Shown here piece by piece: positions 8,252 through 19,630 of a stretch of 64,000 bases of DNA. The position numbers and the translations under genes were made by a program. Source of the stretch: Myxococcales bacterium. Its GTDB lineage: Bacteria; Myxococcota_A; Polyangia; Polyangiales; Polyangiaceae. The notes beneath the pieces were generated by a model. The model was not told the origin of the DNA and did not search any database. It saw only the letters and a list, made by a program, of their open reading frames with translations. Numbering within the stretch: position 1 is the stretch's first letter; each line of letters begins with the position of its first letter. The stretch covers positions 52,186-116,185 of the forward strand of contig JAYTOU010000046.1 of the NCBI GenBank assembly GCA_043747615.1, written 5' to 3'.

Positions 8252-9415
8252 GTGCCCACTGTGGTAGCCCCGCGCAAAACCGACAAACCCGCAGTCAAAA
8301 GCGCGCGGACCAAAGGGGGCACTGCGCCCGCCGCTGGTGCAACGACGCGCGAAAAAAGGCCTTCCCCGGCGAAAAGGCCTGCAAAAGAATCCCGAAAAGC
8401 TTCGGCGGCAGGTCGCGGCTCCGAAGCTCACGAAGGCGACGACACCGCCGGTCACGAGCGCAGTGATGACGACGACGATGCCATCGACGTACAGGCCGAG
8501 GTCGTCGACACGGATGCCTCCGACGCCGACATTCCGGCGTCCCCCCCTTCCTCGTCGATCGCGCGGTTCGATGCGATGTCCGCATACTTGCGCGAGGTCC
8601 AGCGTCATCCGCTCCTCACGCCCGAAGAGACCCACGCCCTCGCCGTGAAGTTCGTGCAGACGCAGGATCCGGACGCCGCCGCGCGGATGGTCACCGCGAA
8701 CCTGCGCTTGGTCGTCAAGATCGCCTACGAATACAGGCGCGCCTACAAGAACATTATGGACCTCGTGCAGGAGGGCAACATCGGCCTGATGCAGGCGGTC
8801 AAACGCTACGATCCCTACCGGGGCGTCAAGCTGTCGTCGTACGCCGCGTGGTGGATCCGCGCGTACATCCTGCGTTTCATCTTGAACAACTGGCGTCTCG
8901 TAAAGCTCGGAACGACGCAGGCACAGCGGAAGCTCTTCTTCAATCTGCGAAAGAAGCGAGCGGAGCTCGAAGCGCTCGGCATCGACCCGACGAACCTCGA
9001 AGTCGCCAAGCAGCTCAACGTGCCGGAGAGCGAAGTCGCCGACATGGATGCTCGCCTTTCGTCGGGCGAAAAATCGCTGGATGCTCCGGTCGGGGATTCG
9101 GAAGGCCGCTCGATCTCGAAGATCGACATGATGCCGAGCGCTCTCGAAGGCCCGGAGTCGCGCTTCGCCGACGAAGAGGTGCAGGCGCTTTTGAAACAAA
9201 AGCTCGCGTCGTTCCGCATCACGCTGGCAGGCAAAGACAAGGAGATCGCGATCTTCGACGAGCGACTCGTCTCCGAGGAGCCGCTCACGTTGCAGGAGCT
9301 CGGCGACCGCTTCGGGATCTCGCGCGAGCGTGTTCGTCAGCTCGAGCAGCGCCTCACCGGCAAGCTCCGCGAGTTCTTGATCGCAGAAATGGGCGACGCC
9401 GCCTCCGGTGCCTGA
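8252..9415 (+). CDS. rpoH: RNA polymerase sigma factor, sigma-32/RpoH family
   Basis: Region 1.2 AYLREV, region 2 NLRLVVKIA..DLVQEGNIGLM..YAAWWIRA, RpoH box QRKLFFNLR, region 4 TLQELGDRFGISRERVRQLE. Long basic then acidic N-terminal extension. May correspond to a myxobacterial SigB/C/E-type paralogue. Confidence 0.88.
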   Translation: MPTVVAPRKTDKPAVKSARTKGGTAPAAGATTREKRPSPAKRPAKESRKASAAGRGSEAHEGDDTAGHERSDDDDDAIDVQAEVVDTDASDADIPASPPSSSIARFDAMSAYLREVQRHPLLTPEETHALAVKFVQTQDPDAAARMVTANLRLVVKIAYEYRRAYKNIMDLVQEGNIGLMQAVKRYDPYRGVKLSSYAAWWIRAYILRFILNNWRLVKLGTTQAQRKLFFNLRKKRAELEALGIDPTNLEVAKQLNVPESEVADMDARLSSGEKSLDAPVGDSEGRSISKIDMMPSALEGPESRFADEEVQALLKQKLASFRITLAGKDKEIAIFDERLVSEEPLTLQELGDRFGISRERVRQLEQRLTGKLREFLIAEMGDAASGA

Positions 9416-10249
9416 GTGCCCCTTTTCGTCGTCGCGACGCCGATCGGCAACCTCGAAGATCTAACGGCGCGCGCTCTTGAAACGCTCCGCTCTTGTCCGC
9501 GCATCGCGGCCGAGGACACGCGGCGCACCCGCGGGCTCTTGAGCCACTTCGGCATTCGCGGAAAAAAACTGGAGGCGCTCCACGCCCACTCGGGGCCGCG
9601 CGACGTCGAGCGACTGGTGGAAGCGCTGGTGGCCGGAGAAGACATTGCGCTCGTGACCGACGCGGGGACACCGAGCGTGAGCGATCCGGGCGATGCGCTG
9701 GTGCGCGGAGCCATTGCTGCGGGCGTGCGGGTGATTCCCATTCCGGGGGCGAGCGCACTTCTCGCGGCTCTGGTTGCGAGCGGGGTGGCAAGCGGCGCCG
9801 GATTTCATTTCGCGGCCTTTCTTCCGCGCGATGGCACAGCACGCCGCGACGCCATCACCAAGCTCAGCGATCTGCCCGACCCAGTCATTCTCTACGAGGC
9901 CGCCAACCGCACCGCCGCCACTCTTCAGGATCTCGCAGAGGCCACACCGAAGCGCGCGGCATGCGTCGCTCGGGAGCTGACGAAGATGCACGAAGAGTTC
10001 GTGCGCGGCACCCTCGAGGAGCTCGCCGCTCTCGAGCGCGAATGGATCGGCGAGGTGGTGATCGTCCTCGGCAGCCACGAACCTCAGTCGCGCATCGCCG
10101 AGATCACGGACGAAGCGATAGACGCCCGCATCGACGAGGAGCTCGCCAAAGGACTTCACGCCAAGAGCATCTCCGAACGAATCGCCGCTTGGAGTGGTCG
10201 CGCCAAACGCGAAATGTACGGCCGCGTTCTCGAACGAAAACCACGCTGA
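9416..10249 (+). CDS. rsmI: 16S rRNA (cytidine1402-2'-O)-methyltransferase
   Basis: LFVVATPIGNLEDLT, AEDTR, TDAGTPSVSDPG, RELTKMHEE. Confidence 0.95.
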   Translation: MPLFVVATPIGNLEDLTARALETLRSCPRIAAEDTRRTRGLLSHFGIRGKKLEALHAHSGPRDVERLVEALVAGEDIALVTDAGTPSVSDPGDALVRGAIAAGVRVIPIPGASALLAALVASGVASGAGFHFAAFLPRDGTARRDAITKLSDLPDPVILYEAANRTAATLQDLAEATPKRAACVARELTKMHEEFVRGTLEELAALEREWIGEVVIVLGSHEPQSRIAEITDEAIDARIDEELAKGLHAKSISERIAAWSGRAKREMYGRVLERKPR

Positions 10250-10282
10250 GCCAGGCCAGAATTTTTCGCGTATCGTTTCGGC

Positions 10283-10888
10283 ATGCGTTCCCTTCATCTT
10301 CTTCGGCACGGCGAGACCGAGCTCAGCGCGGACGGCACTTTTTGCGGCGACATCGACAGCCCCTTGAGCAACGCGGGGCGCGCGCAGGCTGACAAGGTCG
10401 CCGAGCGTCTCCTGCACCTCGATCTCGAGGCGATCTACGTGAGCCCGAAGGCGCGCGCCCGCGAGACCGCCGCTCCGATCTGCAAGCTCGCCAAGCTCGA
10501 CCCGCGCATCGAAGAGGGTCTTCGCGAAATCTCGTACGGCACCTGGGACGGCCGCAAGGAAAGCGAGATCAAGCTCCACGATCCCGAGACCTACGCGCTT
10601 TGGGGAAGTGATCCGGCAGTGCACGCGCCGCCGGGCGGCGAGAACGGATTTGCCATCGCAGCGCGTGCGGTTCCCATCGTTGATCGCGTTGGAAAAGCAC
10701 ACGAAGGGAATGTGCTCTTCGTCAGCCACAAGGCCACCGTGCGGGTCATCGTCTGCGCGCTCCTTGGCCTGCACATAGGCCGATTTCGCGACCGCATCGC
10801 CTGCCCGACCGCCTCTCTCACCTCGTTCGAGTTCGGGTCGCGCGGTCCGTTGCTCGTCCGCATCGGCGAAACCGAGATCCACCTCTAA
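10283..10888 (+). CDS. Histidine phosphatase (phosphoglycerate mutase family)
   Basis: LLRHGET, SP..RARETA, LREISYGTWDG, VSH. Confidence 0.92.
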   Translation: MRSLHLLRHGETELSADGTFCGDIDSPLSNAGRAQADKVAERLLHLDLEAIYVSPKARARETAAPICKLAKLDPRIEEGLREISYGTWDGRKESEIKLHDPETYALWGSDPAVHAPPGGENGFAIAARAVPIVDRVGKAHEGNVLFVSHKATVRVIVCALLGLHIGRFRDRIACPTASLTSFEFGSRGPLLVRIGETEIHL

Positions 10889-10894
10889 CGTTCT

Positions 10895-11640
10895 TTAGAG
10901 AGCGCTTCCAAGGGCGCTGTCGAGCGCCTGGGCGTTGAAGCCGATCATCATTTTTCCGCGGACGTCGAGGACCGGGATTGATCCTGCGTGAAGGCCAGCC
11001 TTCGTCAGCTTGGCCCGCATCTCGAGCGCTGCGCCGTGATCGGCTTCGATGTCTTTTTCCTTGAAGGGGATCCCCTTCCCACTCAAGTACGCGGCCGCTT
11101 GATGGCAGGGACCGCACCACGCGGCGCCGTAGATGATCACCGCTGGGCGCGCCGCTTGATCCGCGCCTACGCCAGGATTGAGCGAGGGGAGGTCCATCCC
11201 GGCGAGATCAGGAAGGCCAGGAGCCGTCGGCGCCGTGTTTCCTGCGTCGACGCCGTCGAGGGTTGCTGTCTTTCCTTTTCGCCGCGCGACCGCGAGCTCG
11301 TCGAACTCGGCGCGGGTCATAGGCTTCACGGGATAGGTTCCGCCAGCACTCGCCGTGCGCAAATCGGCTACAAAAATGCGCCCGGCGTGCGTTCCGTCCT
11401 CGCGTGAGGGATCCACCACGCGCACAGCGTCGCGCCCGATGAGCGGGACGTCCGTGGCCTTTTGCTCGACATGAAAATCTCCTTTTTCGTCGATCCACGT
11501 GAAGAGAAATCCCTCGCTCGAGTCTTTCACTATGAGGGCAACGGGACTCACGTCTTCGGTGGGCGCGTCTTTCTTGCGATGACACGCAGCGACGGCCAGC
11601 ATCACAAGCAACACGAAGACGAAATGTAGCGCGCTTCGCA

Positions 11641-11641
<1 letters not shown>
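10895..11641 (-). CDS. Lipoprotein with C-terminal glutaredoxin domain
   Basis: ATG at 11641; lipobox AVAA|C; C-terminal IYGAAWCGPCHQA..SIPVLDV..MIGF. Confidence 0.85.
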
Positions 11642-13560
<1,919 letters not shown>

Positions 13561-13563
13561 CGC

Positions 13564-14271
13564 TCAGATTCCCGCCACGTGGAGAAGCTCTCCGATGGTC
13601 GCCGTCACGGCCATCGCCAAGCCTCCGCCGAACGTCACCCGCGCCGCTCCACGCCAGGCCGGAGCCCCACCCAGGCGACTACCGAGCCCGCCGAGAACGG
13701 CGAGACTGAGGAGCGCCGCGGTTGCGATGAATGGAATGCGCAGAGACTCCGGTGAGAGGACGAGCGCCACGATCGGAACGACGGCCACGGTCGCGAAGCT
13801 CACCGCGGACACGAGCGCCGCTTGCAGCGGACGGGCCCGCATCTCCGGACTGAAACCGAGCTCGTCGCGGAGGTGCGCGCCAAGACGATCGCGATTGGTG
13901 AGCTGCTCTGCGACCTTCATCGCCAAGTCCGGCTCGACACCGCGTCGCTGGTAGATCTGCGCAAGCTCGCGAAGCTCGCCTCGGGGGTTGTCGGCGAGCT
14001 CCGCCTTTTCCCTCTCGATGTCCGCTTCCTCGCTGTCGCGCTGCGAGCTGACGGAGACGTACTCGCCCGCGGCCATCGACATGGCGCCCGCCACGAGCCC
14101 AGCGATTCCGGCCACGAGTACGCTCTGTCGCGAGGCTGAGGTCGCGGCCACGCCGATCATGAGGCTCGCCGTCGAGACCACACCGTCGTCCGCTCCGAGC
14201 ACGGCCGCACGAAGCCACGCGCGGCGATCGGTGCTGTGCATTTCCGTCGAGAGACGCTGGTTTTCATCCAT
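13564..14271 (-). CDS. VIT1/CCC1 family Fe/Mn transporter
   Basis: WLRAAVLGADDGVVS, AGAMSMAAGEYVSVSSQRDSE, AHLRDELG. Likely ATG at 14271. Confidence 0.92.
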   Translation of the reverse strand: MDENQRLSTEMHSTDRRAWLRAAVLGADDGVVSTASLMIGVAATSASRQSVLVAGIAGLVAGAMSMAAGEYVSVSSQRDSEEADIEREKAELADNPRGELRELAQIYQRRGVEPDLAMKVAEQLTNRDRLGAHLRDELGFSPEMRARPLQAALVSAVSFATVAVVPIVALVLSPESLRIPFIATAALLSLAVLGGLGSRLGGAPAWRGAARVTFGGGLAMAVTATIGELLHVAGI

Positions 14272-14348
14272 GCGCTCACTTTTAGCAAAGTCCGCGCGCG
14301 GGGGCTGCCTTGGCGTGATACACATGTGCCGGCCTTGGGAGAAACGCG

Positions 14349-15233
14349 ATGATTCGAAGGCTCATGACGCGCTTCGTGACCGCCAGTGGGGTACTCGCGC
14401 TCGGCGCGGCGACGCTCCTCGTTGCTGTCAGCATCGGCCTCGCAGGGTGCAGAAAAACCGTGGGAGAGCTTCGCACCATCGACGTCGTCGCCGATGCTCA
14501 GGCGGATCCGTCGCACCCCGCAAGCGTCGACATCAAGCTCTCCGCAGGGTCGCTCCACCTCGCAGCGGGAGGCGGGCACATCGTCGGCGGAGCGGTGAAA
14601 TCGAACGTGAGCTCTCTCGACCCGAAAATCGATGCGGGTGGAGACCACGTGACCATCACCCAAGGTGCGGCGGGGACGAGCGCGTCGCAGTGGGGCAACG
14701 ACCTGGTTGCGGACTGGAGACTGACGCTCGGGCCGTCGCCGATCGCGCTCAGCGTGGAGACGGGCGCTGGGAGCGCGGAGCTCGAGCTGGGTGGGCTCGC
14801 CTTGAAGTCCTTGCTGGTGCGATCGGGAGCCGGGCCTGTCCACGCAGGATGGAGTCAGCCGAATGCGCTCACCGCCGACACGCTCGACATCGAGACCGGG
14901 GCCGGCGCCATCGAGCTCACCGACGTCGCGCGCTTCGGCGCGTCCAAGCTGCGCGTTCATGCCGGCGTCGGTGCAATCAATATATCCCTTGGAAACAAGG
15001 TGGATCGTGACGTCTCTATCGACGTCGAGGCCAGCGCCGGCTCGGTGACGATCAAGGTTCCCGCGAGCGTCACCGCACGCGCCACCGTCAAGCGAGGCGT
15101 CGGCGCAGTTATCTGCGAAGGATGGAAGAACGAAGATGGCGTGTACCTTCTCGGCACCCCGGGCGTTGCTCCGAGGGTCGCCGTGAACGCGCGAACGGGC
15201 GCGGGCAGCGTGACGCTGGTCGCCGTTCCGTAA
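14349..15233 (+). CDS. Lipoprotein with repeated 'toast-rack' (DUF2154/LiaF-like) beta domain
   Basis: Lipobox LAG|C; repeated x-V-x-T/S-GAG-x-x-x-L units. Confidence 0.75.
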   Translation: MIRRLMTRFVTASGVLALGAATLLVAVSIGLAGCRKTVGELRTIDVVADAQADPSHPASVDIKLSAGSLHLAAGGGHIVGGAVKSNVSSLDPKIDAGGDHVTITQGAAGTSASQWGNDLVADWRLTLGPSPIALSVETGAGSAELELGGLALKSLLVRSGAGPVHAGWSQPNALTADTLDIETGAGAIELTDVARFGASKLRVHAGVGAINISLGNKVDRDVSIDVEASAGSVTIKVPASVTARATVKRGVGAVICEGWKNEDGVYLLGTPGVAPRVAVNARTGAGSVTLVAVP

Positions 15234-15237
15234 CTCG

Positions 15238-16542
15238 TCAGGCTCGGGAGATCGCGCGGTAGAGGACCTGCAACGTTTCTTCGAAGGAGACTACCTCGGT
15301 TGGGTCCTGCCGCAGAAACTGCTCGATCTTCGGCATGTGCGCGATGGCCTCGTCGAGCTCCTTGTCACTCCCTTTTGCGTACGCGCCGAGGCTCACCAGA
15401 TCGCGCTTCGCTTCGTACGTACCAACCATCGCTTTGAGGCGACGTGCGGCGTCGCGATGCTCTTTGCCGACGACGGCGTCCATCACGCGGGAAAGCGAAG
15501 AGGTGACGTCCACTGCAGGAAAACGGCCTCGCGCGGCGATCGCTCGGTCGAGGACCACGTGGCCGTCGAGGACGCCGCGCACTTCGTCGGCGATGGGCTC
15601 GTCCATGTCGCCGCCTTCGACGAGGACGGTGTAGATGGCGGTGATCGAGCCGTTTGCCCCTTGCCCAGAGCGTTCGAGAAGACGGGGCAGCATCGCAAAA
15701 ACGCTAGGGGGATACCCCCGACGCGCGGGAGGCTCACCGGCCGCGAGCCCCACCTCACGCTGCGCGCGTGCGAAGCGGGTCACTGAATCGAGAAGGAGCA
15801 TCACCCTTGCGCCGCGATCGCGAAAGTACTCCGCGTAGGCGGTCGCGACCTGGGCGGCGCGAAGACGCTCGAGGGCTGCAACATCGCTGGTGGCAACGAC
15901 GACCACGCTCCGTGCGCGCCCTTCGGTGCCGAGCGCGTGCTCGAGAAATTCACTGACCTCACGCCCACGCTCGCCGACCAGCCCGACCACTACGACGTCC
16001 GCAGCGACACCGCGCGCGACGGCACCGAGCAGCGTGCTCTTGCCCACGCCGGAGCCTGCAAATAAGCCGATCCGCTGACCTTCGCCGAGCGTCATAAGCC
16101 CATCGATGACCCTTACACCCGTGGCCAGCGGACGGCTCACCGGACGCCGTTCGAGCGCCGCGGGGGGATCGCGATCGACCGGGACGCGCTCCCCGCCGAG
16201 GATCGGTCCCTTCCCGTCCATCGGTACTCCGAGGCCGTCGACCACGCGTCCGAGGAGCGACTCGCTCGCGGTGACGACGAAGGCGCCGCCCGTGGACTCC
16301 ACTTCGTCGTCGGGGCCGACGCCCACCAGCGCGCCGAGCGGCATTGCGATGGCCTCCCCTTCCGAGAAGCCGACCACCTCGCACGCGAGCGGCTCGCCGC
16401 GCCGTTTCACGTGCACGACGTCCCCGACCCTCACGCCGGGCATCGCGAAGCGCATCGCCAAGCCGGTGACGCCGAGCACGCGGCCCTTCATCTTCACCGT
16501 GGGGACAGCGGCGAGCTTCGCCTTCAGCGCATCGACGTCCAT
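15238..16542 (-). CDS. FliI/YscN (SctN) family type III export ATPase
   Basis: GEGQRIGLFAGSGVGKS, GERGRE, LLLDSVTRFARAQRE, GEPP..RGYPPSVF, TVLVEGGDMDEPIADEVRGVLDGH. Likely ATG at 16542 (434 aa). Confidence 0.93.
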   Translation of the reverse strand: MDVDALKAKLAAVPTVKMKGRVLGVTGLAMRFAMPGVRVGDVVHVKRRGEPLACEVVGFSEGEAIAMPLGALVGVGPDDEVESTGGAFVVTASESLLGRVVDGLGVPMDGKGPILGGERVPVDRDPPAALERRPVSRPLATGVRVIDGLMTLGEGQRIGLFAGSGVGKSTLLGAVARGVAADVVVVGLVGERGREVSEFLEHALGTEGRARSVVVVATSDVAALERLRAAQVATAYAEYFRDRGARVMLLLDSVTRFARAQREVGLAAGEPPARRGYPPSVFAMLPRLLERSGQGANGSITAIYTVLVEGGDMDEPIADEVRGVLDGHVVLDRAIAARGRFPAVDVTSSLSRVMDAVVGKEHRDAARRLKAMVGTYEAKRDLVSLGAYAKGSDKELDEAIAHMPKIEQFLRQDPTEVVSFEETLQVLYRAISRA

Positions 16543-16579
16543 GACGCCGAGAGTCGCATCAAACGCGGTTTTTTGGCTG

Positions 16580-17707
16580 TTATTTTCCGACGACGCGTTT
16601 GCGGGATGCGCTCTGTGCTTCGCCGCCGGCGTCTCCGCCACGAAGCTCCGCATCGAGCTGGGAGAGAAGATCCCGCGCCTTCGCGCTGAGCGCCGTCGGT
16701 ACATCGACCTGCACGACGACGACGAGGGCGCCGCGGCCGCGTCCGTCGAGCCGTGGAACGCCGTGGCCCTTCATGGTGAATACTGCGCCCGGCTGGGTGC
16801 CGGCGGGAATGCTGAGCGTGTGCGGCTCGTCGTCTTTTTCTTCGAGGGACGCGACGTTCACCTCGCCGCCGAGCGCAGCATCGCTGAACGCAACGTGCAC
16901 TCGTGTGACCAGATCGACGCCGTCCCGCTCGAAGCGTGAATCTTCTTCGACATCGATCTCGACGTAGAGATCTCCGGGAGGAGCGCCGCTCGGACCCGGC
17001 ATTCCCTGGCCCTGAACGCGCAGCCGCTGCCCGGCGTCGATTCCGGCGGGGAAGGTCACCGTGCATTTTCGCGGCTTGCTGACGAGCCCTTCGCCCGCGC
17101 ACGTCCTGCACACGTTCTTGATGACCTGACCGCGCCCCTGGCATCGCCCACAGGGGGCGGTGAACATGACGAAGCCGCGCGCGTTCGAGACCTGGCCGGA
17201 GCCACGGCACTGTGAGCAGACTTCTGGTTTCGAGCCGGCGGCAGCGCCCGAGCCACTGCAGTCTTCGCAGCGGGCGGGAGCGTGGACGGCGATGTCCCGC
17301 TTCACCCCGAAGGCGGCTTCCTTCAGCGTGAGACGCTGCTGGACGCGCAGGTCACCACCACGGCGAGGACCCCGCGACTGGGCGAATCCGCCAAAGCCAC
17401 CCGAGAACATCTCCGTGAAGAGATCCTGCATGTGGGCGAACACATCACCTGCTCCGCCTGCATCGAACCCGCCGCCCTCGAGCCCGGCGTGACCGAATTG
17501 GTCGTACGCGCGGCGCTTCTGCTCGTCGCCGAGGATTTGGTAGGCCTCGTTGACCTCTTTGAAAGCGCACTCGGCTTTTGGATTGCCCTGGTTTCGGTCA
17601 GGGTGGACCTTGAGTGCTTCTTTTTTGTAGGCCCGGCGAAGCTCCTCGGGAGAGGACTCGCGTGGACAACTAAGGACTTCGTAATAGCAGCGCTTACTGG
17701 TCGACAT
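16580..17707 (-). CDS. dnaJ: Molecular chaperone DnaJ
   Basis: J domain with HPD, G/F region, four CxxCxGxG motifs, C-terminal domain. ATG at 17707. Confidence 0.95.
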   Translation of the reverse strand: MSTSKRCYYEVLSCPRESSPEELRRAYKKEALKVHPDRNQGNPKAECAFKEVNEAYQILGDEQKRRAYDQFGHAGLEGGGFDAGGAGDVFAHMQDLFTEMFSGGFGGFAQSRGPRRGGDLRVQQRLTLKEAAFGVKRDIAVHAPARCEDCSGSGAAAGSKPEVCSQCRGSGQVSNARGFVMFTAPCGRCQGRGQVIKNVCRTCAGEGLVSKPRKCTVTFPAGIDAGQRLRVQGQGMPGPSGAPPGDLYVEIDVEEDSRFERDGVDLVTRVHVAFSDAALGGEVNVASLEEKDDEPHTLSIPAGTQPGAVFTMKGHGVPRLDGRGRGALVVVVQVDVPTALSAKARDLLSQLDAELRGGDAGGEAQSASRKRVVGK

Positions 17708-17756
17708 GTTTAACGCCACACTAAACCACACCGTGTCACGGAATGGCTCCTGCTCG

Positions 17757-17784
17757 AAGGTAAGGCGGCAACGATTGCTGTCAA
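17757..17784 (-). promoter_or_regulatory. Candidate sigma70 promoter for dnaJ and the ATPase
   Basis: Minus strand reads TTGACA (17784-17779), 16 nt spacer, TACCTT (17762-17757). Confidence 0.45.
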
Positions 17785-17788
17785 CGCC

Positions 17789-19507
17789 CTACGACTCCCG
17801 AGCTTCTTGGGCGATCCGCAGACGATCCCGGGCGTCCAGCTCCCGAGACAGCTGCTCGATCAGCGCGGTCTGGCGCTCGATCTCCGCACCTGCACGAGCA
17901 AGAGCGGACTCACTGTGGACGCGACTTTGGTGTTCCACGACCATGGCTTTGCGGAGCATATCGAGCTCGTCTTCGGCGCGCGCGAGCTTGCCGTCGGGCA
18001 CCGGCGTACCTCCGCGACCAGCCGCATCTTCCAACTCCAGGATGCGCCAAGCGCGCGACTCAAGCTCTCCTTCTCGGCGCGCGCTGTCGAGAGCGAGGGC
18101 ATCGAGCTTGGCGCGGAGGTCTGCGATCGTGTCTTCGTGCGCTTCGTGCGATGCGCTTTTTGCCTCCGTCTCGCGGACGACGGGCCGAGCGGGGACCGGT
18201 TCTTCTTTGCTGGCGTCGGCCAGCGTGGCGACGAGATCGTGCACCAAGCGTTCGCGGCGTCGCAGCTCGCGCTCGAGCTCCTGAATGGCCTGCGCGCGCT
18301 CACGAAGGAGCCCTTCGATTCGTCCGAGCTCCGCGCCATGCGCTTCGGAAATTTCGGCGAGCTCAACGGCGAGCGCAGCTGCGCGCACTTCGAGGCGTTC
18401 GAGATCGCGTGGTTGTTCGGCGCGAAGGAGGGTCTCGTTCCGTGCGAGGGCGAGCCCCTCTTCGAGCGCCGTGACGGCGGTTCCCGCGACGACCAAGGCC
18501 CCTTCGAGCGCCTCGATCTGCTCGCGCGAAACAGCAATTTCCTTGGCGAGACGCTCCACGCGTCGGCGCTCTTCCACGAGCTCTTTCTCTAGACCGCTTC
18601 GCTTGCTCACGGCCTCCGCGGTGAGCCGCACGTGGTGGACACGCTGCTCTTCGAGATGCGCTTCGAGCAGATTGGCGCGCAGCTCTGCGGCCGCGAGGAC
18701 TGCGCGTGCGGGCGCATCGTCTACCGGCGGAACGAAGACCGGAGCGGCGGGCACCTCTCGGACGACCTCCCGTATCACTTCCACTTCGCGGACGACTTCG
18801 CGGACGACCTCGCGCACCACCACCTCCCGCGGTTCATCGAGCGGGCGGGGGAACTGGACGATCGCGTAGGGCTCGAGGCGCGCGTCGTGCTGGCTGGCGA
18901 GGGCGTAGAACACTTCCGGTGCTTCGGGAGTGTCGACGAGCTGGGTGTCGAAGGTCACGTGCGGATCCTCGGCGCTCTCGCCAAGCTCGGCGATCGCGAC
19001 GCCAAAGAACGGCACCTGGGCGATCATCCGCACCGACGTGAACTGCAGCGACACCAGATCGTAGAGCTCGTAGTAGTCGAGACTCTTAGGCGCTGCTGCA
19101 GCGTCGGTGCCAACGCGCGGTCCACTTTCCGGATTCGGTGACGAGACGAGAACCGCGCCCTCTTGACCGACGATGCGACGGAGGCGGGAAAGGAGCGCCG
19201 CCGGGTTCTTGAGAGCGCCTATTTCGGGCACGATCGCCAGATCGAACGCTCCATCGCGAACGTCGAAATCTCCTGCGGGAAGGTCGCGGATCGTCACCCC
19301 GCGAACGGCGGTCGGCAGCGTCGCGCGACCCGGCTCGGGATCGAACACATGCACCATGCGCGCACCCAGACCGATCAGCCGCGCCCCAAGATCCGAGGTG
19401 CTGTCCGCCACGACGAGGACGCGCTTTCCAGCAGCGAGCGGCTCGGCATACACGCACAAAAGATCGGCAGGGGTGACCTGCAAGCTGGACGGCTCTGTCA
19501 TGGACAA
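17789..19507 (-). CDS. Degenerate class I SAM-methyltransferase-like domain fused to a long coiled coil
   Basis: N-terminal GKRVLVVAD..DGAFDLAIV..LRRIVGQEGAVLVSSPN follows methyltransferase topology but lacks the GxGxG motif. The C-terminal ~300 aa are Glu/Arg/Leu/Ala heptad-rich. Start is TTG 19507 or ATG 19501. Confidence 0.65.
   Translation of the reverse strand: MSMTEPSSLQVTPADLLCVYAEPLAAGKRVLVVADSTSDLGARLIGLGARMVHVFDPEPGRATLPTAVRGVTIRDLPAGDFDVRDGAFDLAIVPEIGALKNPAALLSRLRRIVGQEGAVLVSSPNPESGPRVGTDAAAAPKSLDYYELYDLVSLQFTSVRMIAQVPFFGVAIAELGESAEDPHVTFDTQLVDTPEAPEVFYALASQHDARLEPYAIVQFPRPLDEPREVVVREVVREVVREVEVIREVVREVPAAPVFVPPVDDAPARAVLAAAELRANLLEAHLEEQRVHHVRLTAEAVSKRSGLEKELVEERRRVERLAKEIAVSREQIEALEGALVVAGTAVTALEEGLALARNETLLRAEQPRDLERLEVRAAALAVELAEISEAHGAELGRIEGLLRERAQAIQELERELRRRERLVHDLVATLADASKEEPVPARPVVRETEAKSASHEAHEDTIADLRAKLDALALDSARREGELESRAWRILELEDAAGRGGTPVPDGKLARAEDELDMLRKAMVVEHQSRVHSESALARAGAEIERQTALIEQLSRELDARDRLRIAQEARES
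18752..18829 (-). repeat. Imperfect ~12-nt coding tandem repeat (REVV units)
   Basis: Plus strand ..ttcgcggacgac ttcgcggacgac ctcgcg..; encodes REVVVREVVREVVREVEVIREVVREV. Confidence 0.7.
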
Positions 19508-19630
19508 GGGGGGAGGCTAGCCTTTCATGATTCTGCGGACAATCGTGCCGAGGCTTATCTCCTCAAGCACCCGATCGCAGCGCCGGCGGCGCTTTCAGGC
19601 GGGCTGACGGCGCGCCCGGGGTGTCACGCT

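Noticed and set aside
18752..18829. Short repeats as a possible CRISPR or non-coding array
   Set aside because: In-frame 12-nt coding repeats without spacers.
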